Shown in pieces: positions 23,265 to 36,234 of a DNA stretch of 64,000 nt (position 1 is its first letter; every line of letters begins with the position of its first letter). Origin of the DNA: Chiloscyllium plagiosum (lineage: Eukaryota); contig NC_057749.1 of assembly GCF_004010195.1 (NCBI RefSeq), positions 6,903,416 to 6,967,415 on the forward strand, in the 5' to 3' direction. The position numbers and the translations under genes were made by a program. The notes below the pieces were generated by a model. The model searched no databases. It had not been told where the DNA came from and was given only the letters and a program-made list of their open reading frames with translations.

Positions 23265-24364
23265 GTGAGACAGTGGGTAAATTTAAGGAAGAGTTAGACA
23301 GATTTTTAATTGGTAATGGGTTGAAGGGATGTGGAGAGAAGTCAGGAAAATGGGGGTGAGGAACATATCAGCCATGATCAAATGGCGGAGCAGACTCAAT
23401 GGGCCGAATGACCAAATTCTGCTCCTATGTCTTATAAATGGGATTGGATCAGGTTGGGATGTCTGGTCGGTGCGGACAAGTTGGACTGAAAGGTCTGTTT
23501 CTGTGCTGTGTGACTTTATGACACATTCATTCCCACTTTCTCATAGCTATACATGGACCTCAAAAGATCAACGCAGTGGCTGGAAAAATTAAAGGAAAGG
23601 TAGAAGGCAATGGGACCACACTACCTCTAACCCCCAAGCCTAGTGTACTGAACTGCATGTCCATGTCTTCTACACATGCCCCTCCAACTGTTTTGAATTC
23701 AGACTGATGGAAACTCAGGGTATGATGAGTATAAAAGTGAGGTGCTGAACTGTATTCTATCTCTCAGGCGGCCTGCAGATCTACGAACCAACAACAATGA
23801 TTGTACTTTATCAATACATATTATCTTGTTTAATATTGCAAAATGACAAACATGCTATAGCAACCAACATTAGCAAGTCACCTCACTGGCTTAATGTTTG
23901 ACAATGATCCTCCGACAGTCTTAAGTTTCTGAGCTTTGTGAAAGACTGTCGTACTATTGCTGAAGCCAGAGTCATGTTGGTAAAGTTTTTTTATCTTTCA
24001 TTCATCAGGACAAACACAAGAATGTCAAATTTTAAATAATTCCAATGATTGACATTACAGGAGAAAAGAGGAGCTGATTAGTTTTCAAGTCAGTTTGATT
24101 GGCTGAGGGGTTGCCATGGAGAGAGCAATGGGGAACTAGCGGCTCCCAAAGCTCCGGGATAATTAAAATAAGGCACAAGTTTTGAACATATTCATTTTCT
24201 TTGCAGAGAATGGCTCCCTGTTTATAAATGTGCACCACTCTTCAATTAGTCACTTTACAACATTGATTAAGTTTCTTCAACTGGTTGTAAGTGTGACTAC
24301 TGGTGCACTCAGAGTTGTTCAACAAATGCTGTCCAAACTGCAGACCCACATCAAACAGTAGCCA

Positions 24365-24570
24365 TTTTGTTTTGGGTCAGTTAACTATGCAGCCAACAGT
24401 GTGGGGTCAATTTCCGCACAAGCTGTGGTTACCATGATAGGTCTACCTTCTCAACCACTCCCCTCATCTGGGGCGTGGTGACCCTCAGGTTAAACCACCA
24501 CCAATCATCTCCTTCTCATGAGAGAGCAACTCTATGACCCTCTGGGACTACAGAGACTTTAACTTTCCTT
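24365..24570 (+). mobile_element. SINE family C
   Basis: ggttaccatga..ccttctcaacc..gtggtgaccctcaggttaaaccaccacca. Confidence 0.7.
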
Positions 24571-24976
24571 TTATTTTGGGTTTTGACACCTCTCCTTAAG
24601 CTATCCCTCGAGACTGAGGAGGACTTTCATCCTTTCTGGAATTTTCGTTCCTAAGGTAACCGAACAGTTCAACAAGGGACCTGTGGCCCCTGTAGTTGGG
24701 AGAGGAAGTATTTGAAGAGGCAGGTCGGTGGGAATACTCAATGCTTCACACATTCTTATATTTTTTGTGTGCTTAGCTTCTATCTGTGCTGTTGAAATTG
24801 GTCAAGATGTTTGATCCCTTCTACTCTAGTTTAGGTGGTCTTTGACAAGATGCTCCCGTAAGTCGGAAGGACAGTTGCATTTTTTAACAAAAGCCTTGAG
24901 GATATTCTTGAAGAGTTTCCTCAACACTATGGTAACCATTTGTTGCAATAAAGCTCAGGGCAGCACTGTGGCTAAG

Positions 24977-25327
24977 GGTGGCTTAGTAGTTAGCACTGCT
25001 ACCTCACAGTGACAGAGACCTGAGTTTCATTTCACCCTTGGGTGATTGTCTGTGCCGGGTTTCCACATTCTCCCTGAAGGGATGTGCTGTTTGATTCAAT
25101 GAGCCTGTCTGTGTGTGGGAGGGGGGGGGGCGGAATGCTTCGGTTTCCTCCCACAGTCCAAAAATGTGCAGGTTAGGTGGATTGGCCATGCTAAATTGCT
25201 CCATTTTGTTCAGGGATGTGTGGGTTAGGCAGGGAAAATGCAAGGTTACAGGTGTAGGGTGGGATGATGTTCGGAAGGTTGGTGTGGACTCGGTGGGGCA
25301 AATTGCCTAGTTCCACAATATATGGAT
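24977..25327 (+). mobile_element. HE1-type SINE (diverged)
   Basis: gtggcttagtagttagcactgct head; ctcccacagtccaaaaatgtgcaggttagg. Confidence 0.8.
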
Positions 25328-27220
25328 TATAATATAGAGCTTATCTAGGAGTCTTTTGTCAGACCATGTGGACCAGCTAAGGCAGCTAGCTGACTGACTA
25401 TAACCATTGATGCTGTGGATATGGACCTGAGAGAGAATGCTGACAATGGTGCATCTATCCTGCTAGTGGAGGTTTGCTGCAATTTGCAAAGGCTTTTCTG
25501 GTGACATTTAATGAGAGATTTGAAATATCCGCTGTATGTTTTGCATTCACGAGCTGGTTAAGTGCAGTCCATATTCTGTCTGCTACGAGCAACCAAAGTG
25601 ATCTGCTGTTTGATTCAATGAGCCAATCGCTGAGCTTACGTACCTGGCAATACATCAGCACTGGAAACTCAGAGTTGACACCATCCAACCCGTACCCCTT
25701 TCTTCAGTTGTACAAATGATTGTGACTGTTTGAAATTTGATACTCTTGCATTATGTCCTGAGAGAGCATGACAAAAAAAAAATTCAGCGACCAGTCTTTG
25801 TTCGGCAATTCTTGAGTCCTGTAATTGTGAGCGACTGACTGCACTCCAGGTAAAATCCTGACTGGCAGAGTACAGATTTGCCACTTCCATGTCCCCACAG
25901 CAATGGGAAAGATCCATATTGCAGACAAATCCCACCAAGCACTGAGGTCCAAGTGACTTCGTAACACGATCAGAATTAGAGGGCAGTTGAGGCTATCAAA
26001 TCTCTCACTGCTTTCGGTCTTTACAGGATTAACCTCAATATCAGAGAAGAAATAAATGCATGAATTCACTGTTTTTTTCTTTAAAAGGAGAGAAGCAGTA
26101 TTTGGGTGGTAATCGTTTCCTAATCTTTTCAGTGAGAAAATGATTTAAAAACCTGGTGGTGACTAGCAGGCACGTCCATCTCATAGAAAGCTCTCAAAGT
26201 GTTTTGCAGACAATAAATTACTCTGAAACACGATTGCTGTTATTCAGCCTAATGCAACAGCTATTTCGCACAGATCCCATGTACAGATTGAAATGAATAA
26301 CCAGTCAAGTTAATGTGGATGTAATTTAATTGGTATTGCACCTCGTATACAGTGTAAAACACACACACACACAAATACCCACCTTATACCCATACCTACA
26401 AATAATGCAAGCAGAGAAATGGAAGGGGAGAGAGAGAAAGATGGTGGGGGGTTGGAGAGAGAGAAAGAGAGAGCACACCTGTCAGAACAGATGGAACATT
26501 TCAAAGTATCAAAAGTATTTTAATAGAGAATGAAAGGCAGCCATTTCATGCTGTTTCGTTCAGCCCTCCAGTCTGAAATCTATAAGCATTTGCCTCAATG
26601 CCAGTAATTAACCTCTAATTGGCCTCAGGTAGTTTATAACAGTGAGACACGTGAGAGTCAAGAGGCAGGTGGGATTAAATACAGCTCCACTCCAACATCT
26701 GAGCATTCCAACTTGGTGAACAGCACCAGCAGAGGTCTGCTATGTCTCCTGACTAGACAGCAAATCAAAACAGACAGTAACTGGGGTTGAATCTATGGCT
26801 GTATGAAGAAGCAGTCTTATTGAATGAAGGAGTTTACTTGCTTGTTTGGTGGTTTTGCAGAAATGTAGCTGATGTACTGTACAATTGTAAATGCTGATTA
26901 CAACACAGTAGGAGGCCTTTTGGCCCACTGTGTCCATACCAGAGGGCAAAGGGCTGATTACCCACGATCCTATTTTCCATTCTTGACCCCAAACGCTGGA
27001 GATGTTGCTCGTGATGAGAGGTTCTGACTCGATCATTCTTTCAGGTAATAAGGTCCACACTCACACCACTCATCATAGAATCCCAACAGTGCGGAAAGAT
27101 GCCATTTGGCACATTGAGTCTGCACCAACCCTCTGAAGAGCATCTCAACCCACGCACCGACACTTATTCAACAACAATGAACAGCTACTGTATATATTTA
27201 CATAACCGCTAGTCCAGTCG

Positions 27221-27858
27221 AGGCAATGGTGTCGTGATAATGTCATTGGACTAGTTATCCAGCATCGCAGGTTAACATTCTGGGAACAAAAACAGAAGTT
27301 GCTGGAAAAGCTCAGCAGGTCTGGCAGCATCTGTGAAGAGGAATCAGAGTTAATATTTCAGGTCAGCCCTTCCTCAGAATTGTTTTTGCTTCTGTTTTAC
27401 AGAACCTGCAGTCCTTTTGATTTTTATAATGTTCTGGGGACATGGGTTCAAATTATGCCATGGCAGTTGGTGAAATTTGAATTCCAGAAAAATCTGTAGC
27501 TGAAAGCTACCCTTAATGATGACCGTGTAACCATTGTAGATTATCATAAAACTCATCCAATTCATTAATGTCCTTGCAGGATGGGAATCTGTCAATTTTA
27601 TGGTCTAGCTTCCAGATGTGTCCAGATCTAAAGCAATGTGGTTGGTCCTTTACTGAACCCTGGAATTCCTGATGAAGGGCTCATGCCCAAAACATCGACT
27701 CTACTGCTCCTTGGATGCTGCCCGACCTGCTGTGCTTTTTCAGTGCCACACTTTTCAACTCTGAAATGGGCTAGCAAACCATTCAGTTCACAAACAATTA
27801 GGGTTAGACAATAAATGATGACCTACCAGTGACATCCACATCCCATGAACAAATAAAA
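27221..27858 (+). mobile_element. SINE family B with two nested PLE pseudo-LTR insertions (~27284-27425 and ~27660-27762)
   Basis: Head aggcaatggtgtcgtg..ggactag resumes at gttctggggacatgggttcaaat; tail caattagggttagacaataaatg; inserts contain ccttcctcagaa and ctgatgaagggctcatgccc. Confidence 0.75.
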
Positions 27859-28156
27859 CTAGTCAACCCCATGGAAAAGCCGACCCCTCCCCCAAAATCA
27901 TTAATTTTGTATATATCTTGTGTATAAGTCAACCCCCAGCATTTTGATCAAAATGTCTAAACTCTTTCTATTTATCGCCTCCTTGGTGCTGGAACTTACC
28001 TTGGTGTGAATGTGTTTCTGGAGTCTGATCGGCAAAAAAAATAAACTTTTGATGCCTTTTTGCTCTACTTTTTGGGGCAAGGTTAACAGGAACAATTTCC
28101 AAACTGGCAACACGCAATCAGCTGATAAGTCATCGTAAGTGAGTTGGTGACGATAG

Positions 28157-28322
28157 GAAAGTTAAAAGTCACACAACATCAGGTTATAGTCCAACAGGTT
28201 TATTTGGAGGCACTAGTTTTTGAAGTGCTGCTCCTTCATCAGGTTGTTGTGTTGGACTATAACCTGTGGTGTGATTGTTAACTTTGTCCACCCCAGTCCA
28301 ACACTGGCTCCTCCAAATCACG
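28157..28322. mobile_element. Inverted PLE pseudo-LTR pair (family 2)
   Basis: caggttatagtccaaca mirrored by tgttggactataacctg; minus-strand ctgatgaaggagcagc. Confidence 0.75.
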
Positions 28323-28474
28323 ATAGGATAGGGTGGTTTTCAACATCCTGAAAAATGTATTCATGGATGACTCGGGGCCCTCATTTGTGAAGAAAGGTTT
28401 GATCTCAGAAACACGATTTTTACACAAGAATGTACAGTAATTATAATATCTCGCCTTCCAACCCCTTGCTTGTT

Positions 28475-28700
28475 GAGCAAAAACTGAAAGAACTGTGGCT
28501 GCTGTAATCAGAAACATGAATGCAAATTGCTGGAAAAGCTCAGCGGGTCTGGCAGCATCTGGTGAGAGAAATCAGAGTTAACATTCTGGGTTGAGTGACC
28601 CTTCCTCAGAGCTGACCTGAAACATTAACTCTGATTTCTCTCCACAGATGCTGCCAGACCTGCTGAGCTTTTCCAGCAATTTCTGATTTCATTTGCTGAT
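28475..28700. mobile_element. Inverted PLE pseudo-LTR pair (family 3)
   Basis: aaattgctggaaaagctcagc..cagagttaac mirrored by ttaactctg..gctgagcttttccagcaattt; minus-strand ctgaggaagggtcactcaaccc. Confidence 0.8.
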
Positions 28701-29599
28701 TGAATTTGGCTGCATTTGAAGTTTGAGGGGCAATCTTCCCCAAATGTTTATATTTCTCTTGCACGCTTCTAAATGTTAACCCATTGTTTTCCCAATGGCC
28801 AATTATCCCCTGTAGTGTGCAATGTTGATGCTCTCTGCCCTACTCTCTATCTTTGGCCAGGCATCATATTCTCTGTGACAAGAATCCTCAGCTGCAGGCT
28901 TGGATCATTTGCGGACATGTTTGCTGAGGCTTTCATCAGCTCTTATTTGTCCTGTGTGCTCCAAGGTCATCCAAGGTCAGACTCACTGCCAGAGGTGATT
29001 GAATCACATCTAACATTGAATGAATCATTCTCAGAGGATCAAAATCAATCAGTACTAGGAACATCCAGTCAATTCAGACTTCAGCACCCTCCTCTCTCAA
29101 CTCTCTAAATGATAGACCTTACACAGGAGTCCAATTATAACTCATTCTTTTTATCCTTTAAAGCAGAGATTCTGTCCTTTTGTGCATGCTCAATTGCAAT
29201 TTTAATCCTAACGCAATAGATTTGAAGAAAAAAAAAGTGCTTCTGAAGTCTAACCTCGCTTGCAAACTAGGCTATAAGGTTAGTTTGTGAGGAAGTCAAA
29301 AAGCATTTCAAGCTTTCTTGATGGGTGAAGGCAATGTGTAACTGATCGAGGGTAAGTTAGGAAGGTGCCATGTTTGGCTCCTCGTCTACTTTTACTCAGT
29401 CAGGACATTATTGGCAACTTTGTTGACTCCATATCGAAAAAGATGTAGAACTCAAGTGAGAAGAGTTTAGGGCTCGCCATTATGCTTCTCCCCTGCCCAT
29501 TGCTCCATCAGACTCTTGCCCAGCTTGATATTACTTTACACCAAGAGTGACCGAAGATTACACAGCAAGTACGTGACTACTGACTCAGTACAAGCGAAT

Positions 29600-30563
29600 G
29601 AGGAAAGGACATTTGTCACGTTTATAAATGACCTGGATGAAAGTGTTGAAAGGTGGGTTCGTAAATTTACAGATGACACTAAAGTTGGTGCACTTGTGGA
29701 TAGTACCAAAGGATGTTGCAGGTTACAGAGGGACATAGATAAACTGCAGAGCTAGGCTGAGTGGTGGCAAATGGAGTTTAATGTGGAAAAGTGTGAGGTG
29801 ATTCACTTTGCAAGGAGTAACAGGAATACAGAGTACTGGCCTAATGGTAAGATTCTTGGTAGGGTTGATGAGCAGAGAGTGTCCATGTACATAGATCCCT
29901 GAAAGTTGCCACCCAGGTTGATAGGGTTGTTAAGAAGGCATATGGTGTATTAACTTCTATTGATGGAGGGACTGAGTTTCGGAGCCACGAGATCATGTTG
30001 CAGCTGTACAAAACTCTGATGTGGCCGAACTTGGAGAATTGCGTACAGTTCTGGTCACCGCATTATCAGAATAATGTGGAAGCTTTGGAAAGGGTTCAGA
30101 GGTGATTTACTAAGATGTTGCCTGGTATGGAGGGAAGGTCTTATGAGGAAAGGCTGAGGGACTTGAGGCTGTTTTCGTTAGACAGATGAATGCTGAGAGG
30201 TGACTTAATTGAGACATATAAGATAATCAGAGGGTTATATATGGTGAACAGTGAGAGTGTTTACCCTCAGATGGTGATAGCTAGCGTGAGAGGACATAGC
30301 TTGAAAGTGAGGAGTGATAGATATAGGTCACATGTCAGAGGTAGTTTCTTTACTCAGAGAGAAGTAGAGGCGTGGAATGCACTGTCTGTAACAGTAGTAG
30401 ACTCGCCAACTTTGACGTCATTTAAATGGTAATTGGATAAACATATGGATGAGAATGGAATAGTGTAGGATAGATAGGCTTCAGATTGGTTCCACAGGTC
30501 GGCGCAACATCAAGGGTCAAAGGGCCTGTACTGCGCTGTAATATTCTATATTCTATGTTCTAT
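29600..30563 (+). mobile_element. CR1 LINE 3' ~1 kb (RT C-terminal half, disrupted)
   Basis: FINDLDESVERWVRKFTDDTKVG (the FADD RT motif), LQRDIDKL, LRGDLIETYKII; stop codons present; (ttcta)n tail. Confidence 0.93.
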
Positions 30564-31336
30564 GACATTGAAGAATGTGGATACAGCCCACTCACACTAT
30601 TCCATGTCTCTGGTTAAAAACTTCATCATGTCACATCACAGACAGTTTTGTATGACATGTCTGCCTGTGTGCTGCCTTGCATAAAGCATAAAACAAAGAA
30701 TTAAGAATAAAGGAACACTATTCACTCATCTTCCTTTTGCCGTTGAAGATTATATGACAACTTAGCAAATCTATCAAGCATTTAAAAGTCCATTTGAGCA
30801 TATTGTGTACAGAATAATCGATCACATTCAGCCCCTTTACAGACAGGAGCTGGAAAGAGATTTCAACCACATAGGAACAAGTCAAAGGCAATTTTATTGT
30901 TTAACTTTCAAAGTGACAATAGTTTTTCTTCATGCCCCATGGAAAAGAGAACCCTGTCAGCTCAAAAGATGATCCTTTATTCCCCCCATAGCCTGAGTAT
31001 ATAGACCTTTAGATAACACCCATTTCATTATGACTTTTTCTGTCAATGTTTTAGCCCGCTCACGGGTCAGGAGCTAATTGAAATGGTCTGCTGGGTGTAT
31101 TAACGGTACACCTTTGCTAGTTCTCCACAGTACACACTTCTCGCTATGCTACAGTGACCGCTCCTGTGTTGACAGTCATCAGCACAATGTAAATCGTTTT
31201 TGTCCAATCACTCGAGCATAGAATTACTTTTTCTAAAACCTCGCTGGTGCTGAATCAATGATTCCAAACATAGTCGCGGTCCAGAAGCTACAATTTACTG
31301 GCCCCAACTACGACTGCTCCTGTTGAGAAGTTTAGT

Positions 31337-31550
31337 GAGTGTCTGTGTATGTGCCTGTGCATATCTGTGTGTGTGTGTGCATATCTGCATGTGTCTGCGT
31401 GTGTATGTGTACCTGTATGTGTCTCTGCATGTGTGTGTATTTGTGTGTCTGTGTGATTCTGCGTGTGTATGCGTATGTGTGTGCGTCTGTGTGTATCTGT
31501 GCATATCTGCATGTGTGTGTGTGTGTTTGAGTCTCTGTATGTGTGTATAT
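31337..31550. repeat. Degenerate (TG)n microsatellite
   Basis: Directly visible. Confidence 0.95.
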
Positions 31551-31782
31551 CTACTTTAGGACAGCTCATGGAGAGTTTTAGGTAATACTTTGATACCCCA
31601 ATGCTGGTAATAAAAATAATTCCAGAGGGCTGAAATTTAGCACCTTCAGAGAAGAGATAGGGAAAATTTTGTTGTGATGGCTCAAAAAAACATCAGGAGT
31701 CTCCTCGTTCCTTTTCTGCAATGAATAATTCCTATGCTACTTTACGTGTATATTCAATGTGAATGTAAGTCATACACATTGA

Positions 31783-31980
31783 GTCAGTTGGCTGGTTTGT
31801 GATGCAGAGTGATGCCAACATGACAGGTTCAATTTCTGCACTAGCTGAGGTTACTATGAAGGTCCCATCTTCTCAACCCCATCCCTCACCTGAGGTATGG
31901 TGACCCTCAGGTTAAACTATAACCTGTCATCTATCTCTCTCTCTACTGAGTCTGCTAGGATGACAGTGATTTTACTTTAT
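31783..31980 (+). mobile_element. SINE family C
   Basis: tcagttggctggtttgtgatgcagagtgatgccaac..ggttcaattt..cctgaggtatggtgaccctcagg. Confidence 0.75.
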
Positions 31981-32164
31981 CTTTAAGTCATGCACAATAC
32001 AGACATGTCTTAGCTATGGTTAAGACTATGTCAAGTTGAAAATACCCTCCAATTTCTGCTCACCTCAATTCATATGGCTGTTAATGTATCCAGGATCGGG
32101 CTGGTCTCTAGCATGCCTGACACTCCCTGACGAATTTGGCAGAAGACCCCAAAAGCAGCGCAAT

Positions 32165-32578
32165 TGCTGCTGAGTCAGAGGGTTCTGTGTTCATGTTCCT
32201 CTCCGGAGACTTCAGAACACAAACCATACAGAGATATCACTGTCGTAATGAGGGATCTCAGAGGGTGTCGAGTATCTGAGAAGGTGTCCTTACTGCCTCT
32301 ATCCAGTCTGCCTCTTAGGTGGTAGTTAAAGATCCCACTGTTTAAAGAACAGTAGTGGAATTTTCTCAGTGGCCTGGACCAATACTTTTCTTTTGAGCAA
32401 CCCAAGACGTTATCTGACTGCATTTTATTGCTGCCTGTGGGAGTTTGTTTTGTTCAAATTGGTTGCCATGTTTTGTGCATTATGACAATGATCACACCTC
32501 AATGATATTTCATTGCTGATAAAGTCTGCTGGAATCTCCTGAGGTTGTGAAAGGTGCTACAAAATGCAGAGCTTGCTT
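32165..32578 (+). mobile_element. Near full-length Deu-domain SINE (SacSINE1-like)
   Basis: gtctgcctcttaggtggtagttaaagatccca, ttgctgcctgtgggagttt..caaattggttgcc, tail cctgaggttgtgaaaggtgcta..aaatgca. Confidence 0.7.
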
Positions 32579-32599
32579 TCATTCCTTTATACATCTGAC

Positions 32600-33010
32600 A
32601 GGAAGGTAAAATTTGCAAAGTGGGGATGTTATGCTCAACCAATGGTCAATCTCAGCTAGATCACCCTGAATACCACGTGCAATTCGGGTTGGCACATAAG
32701 AAAAAGGCTCGAGATGCATTACAGAGGATACAAAGAAGATTTATCCAGGCAATTTCAACAATGCCGAGGTGTATATATCAGGAAACCATTGACAGGCTAG
32801 TTGCCTTTATTCAAGAGAGCAAATAGATGTCTTTAAAATTCTGGAAGTTGTATATAGAGAAAATGTTCCCTCTTGTCGGGAAAGGCATAACAATATAATG
32901 TAGTCACCATAGAAAGCACTACAGAATTCAGAAGAAAATTCTTTATCCAAAGAGTGATGAGAATATTGAAGTCTCAATCACAGGGAGTGGTTAAAGTAAT
33001 TCAGTGCATA
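32600..33010 (+). mobile_element. Highly degenerate CR1 ORF2 fragment
   Basis: HPEYHVQFG..DALQRIQRRF remnant. Confidence 0.55.
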
Positions 33011-33394
33011 AAGGGAAGAGGGGTGGTTGTCTTGTGGCTCAGTGGTAGCGCCTCAACTTCTGGGCCGGAAGTCCCAGGTTTAAGGCATCTCTGCCACCAG
33101 GCATGTACCATAACACATTTGAATAGTTGGATTAAAAAAATCCACATTAAAGCTTGATATGGTCAATTATGTTAAGGGGCACTTGTGGCACAGAGATAGT
33201 GTCCCTGCCTCTGAGCCAGGAGCCCAGGTACAACTTCCACATTCTCCAGAGGAATGTCATAACCTCTCTGAACAAGCGCACTTAAAATACTGATAAGGGA
33301 AAGAGGTTTATGAGGATATGTGGGAAATTGGGAAGAGGAGCATGAGTGTCATTGTCAGCCGAATGGCCTTTTTTGGTGTTTTGTATTTATAAGA

Positions 33395-34071
33395 ACAAAG
33401 AAAGAACAAAGAAAATTTACAGCCCAGGAACAGGCCCTTCAGCCCTCCAAGCCTGAGCCAATCCAAATGTACTGTCTTAACCTGTCGCCAATTCCTAAGC
33501 ATCTGTATCCCTCTGCTCCCCACCTATTCATGCATCTGTCCAGATACATCTTAAATGAATCTACCGTGCCTGCATCTACCACCTCTGCTGGCAACACGTT
33601 CCAAATGCCCACCACCCTCTGTGTGAAGTACTTGTCATGTGTATCCCCCTTATACTTTCCACCTCTCACCTTGAAAGCATGACCTCTCATTATTGAATCT
33701 TCACTCTGGGAAAAAGCTCTGTCTATACCCTTCATGATTTTGTAAACCTCAATCTGGTCCCCCCTCAATCTCCTTTTTTCTAGTGAAAATAAACCTAACC
33801 TACTCAACCTCTCTTCATAGCTAGCACCTTCCATACCAGGCAACATCCTTGTAAACCTTCTCTGCACCCTCTCCAAAGCATCCACATCCTTTTGGTAATG
33901 TGGCGACCAGAACAGTATTCTAAATGCAGCCGAACCAATGTCTTGTACAATTTTAACATGACCTCCCAGCTCTTGTACTCAATACCCCGTCCAGTGAAGG
34001 CAAGCATACTATATGTCTTCTTGACCACTTCATCCACCTGTGCAGCAACCTTCAGGGTACAATGGACCTGT
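33395..34071 (-). mobile_element. CR1 LINE 3' fragment
   Basis: ORFs 33439..33885 and 33804..34037: MLKLYKTLVRLHLEYC, DALERVQRRFTRMLPG..RLRGD.IEVYKIM. Confidence 0.93.
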
Positions 34072-35199
34072 ACTTTATGTAAAGAATAAATCTATGACCT
34101 ATCTTAGATTAGTAAAGTAGAGCTGAGATGTGGCACATATGGCAACATGCGATTAGTTCCACAATTAACAACTGGTGACAGCTAGCATCACTGTCTAAAT
34201 CCAAACCAGGCTTCAATCCTTCTCTATTTACTGTTACTGAAAGACTAGAGTTGAGCCTATTAATCACAACAGGCATAGTTTTTAAATTACCAAGTCCCTA
34301 TTGTAAGTTCGAGCTTCATTATGGCTTTCTCAAACAAAGGGGTATGGATTTGGGGAGATGTGTGAAGTTACATGGTTTTAGACCTCATCGAAGATCACAT
34401 GATTACCATTGAACTCCCTTGCCACTGAAATTCAAAAGCAATGGGAACTTAAAGTCATCGTAAAATACCATCAGTTACCTTGTAATTGTTTATTTGATTT
34501 CAGATGACACCCTACATTTTTTTAACACTCCATACTCGCAGAAAATCAATGCGATACATAGTTCCTCGAGATTGAAAAATGCATTGGGCACCGGCGACCA
34601 ATTGATAAAATAAGAGACATATAGTTTGCTGTTATACTTCACTTACTCAGCTTAATTGCACTTTTCATTACTTCTGGAGGGCAGTCTTCTTGGCTTTCAT
34701 GTGACGGGCGTTCTCTCCAAACCCTCCGCCCGACTCCTTCAGAGAAGGAAAAAAAAACAATTCCGAAGACATCTGTTTAAATCTGTCTTTCTAGAGATTG
34801 CTGCGCGTCGGGGAGTCTCGGCAAATTTTGAAGATGCTGAGACAGTGCTGAGTGAACACAACTGGGCCACATGACAGGCTGCACATACTAGAAAGTGTTC
34901 CTTGCAACCAAAAGTCTGAGACAGCCATCAAAGATCCACAGTTCTTCTTTGGACTTAATGGGGGGGAGCTGGTGGTGGGGAGTGCAGGCGTGCCCTGATG
35001 TCAAAATGAGTCAGGGGCTCTGGACATAGCTGGGCATGTAAGTCAAGTCCCGCAAAGATCAAAATTTGTATTGTTTGAGATAATGGCTGACATTTGCAGC
35101 ACAAGAAGGTGACAATTGAAAGGTAAATTAAAGTGCTTGGTAGAATTGACCTCGATCTACTACACAATCTACTACATTGTCAAAGGACAATTAAATAGA

Positions 35200-35497
35200 T
35201 GGAGCCTAAAACTAGAGGGCATAGGTTTAAGGGGAAAGGGGAAAGATTTAAAAAGGGCTAAGGGGTAATCTTTTCACACAGCAGGTGCTGTGTGTTTGTA
35301 ATGAGTTGCCAGAGGAAGTGATGGAGGTAGGGAACACAACATTTAAAAGACATCTAGATGGGTACGTGAATAGGAAAAGTTTTGAGGGATAAGGGCAAAA
35401 TGCTGGTAAATAGGACTAGATTGGTCTAGGATATCTGGTTGACATGGACGAGTTGGACCGAAGGGGCTGTTTCTGTGCTGTGCAATTCTGTGACTCT
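35200..35497 (+). mobile_element. HER1/CR1 3' end
   Basis: aactagagggcataggtttaagg..catggacgagttggaccgaagg tail. Confidence 0.85.
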
Positions 35498-36016
35498 CAG
35501 ACTTAACTGGGAAAGTTGCATATTTAAAAAAAAACTCTCCACTTATCTGGTGGAGCTATTCTCTATCAGCTAACATCCTCAGGAAAGGGAACAAATAAGT
35601 GGATACTCTGAAAGTCAATGTTAGGCCTTGCATGATGATTGTGTCTGTCTTTACAGCATCAACTCACAGAGAGTGCACACCAAGGGGACCTGACTATTCT
35701 TTCAAACAGTGGCTTATCAAGATTTCATCGACATCCATCTGCCCAGGATCAGAAGCAGCTCATTCTTAACATACTATACACAACTGGGTTTTCATTTCAT
35801 CCCGGTAGGACTGACTTGCAGCTCTTGAGCCTCTCAAGATGTTTTGACTTGATATGCTAAATTTAATGGATAATTCAGCACATGAACTCCGACCTTGTCA
35901 AGGATTCATTTCCACGTGCGTTTGGATGGGATAAACGCAAATGGAAAAGAAATCTGGACAAATTTCAAAGTATTCTATCCCAGAAAATGGACAAAATTAT
36001 AACCAACAGATTTCAA

Positions 36017-36234
36017 AGTTAAAAATCACACAACACAAGGTTGTAGTCCAACAGGGTTATTTGGAAGCACTAGCTTTCATAGTGCTGCTCCTTCATCAGG
36101 TGGTTGTGACCTCATGAAGAAGCAGTGCTTTGAAAGTTAATGCTTCCAAATAAACCTGTTGACTACAACCTGGCATTGTGTGATTTTTAACTTTGTCCAC
36201 CCCAATCCAACACTGGCACCTCCAAATATCACGA
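36017..36234. mobile_element. Palindromic PLE pseudo-LTR cassette (family 2)
   Basis: ~90-bp inverted arms with hammerhead-like cores at the centre; TSD caacagatttcaa at 36004-36016 and 36235-36247. Confidence 0.82.

Noticed and set aside
29600..30563. Active autonomous LINE
   Set aside because: 5'-truncated, with in-frame stops, frameshifts and an altered RT motif (FTDD); no full-length autonomous element is seen anywhere in the window
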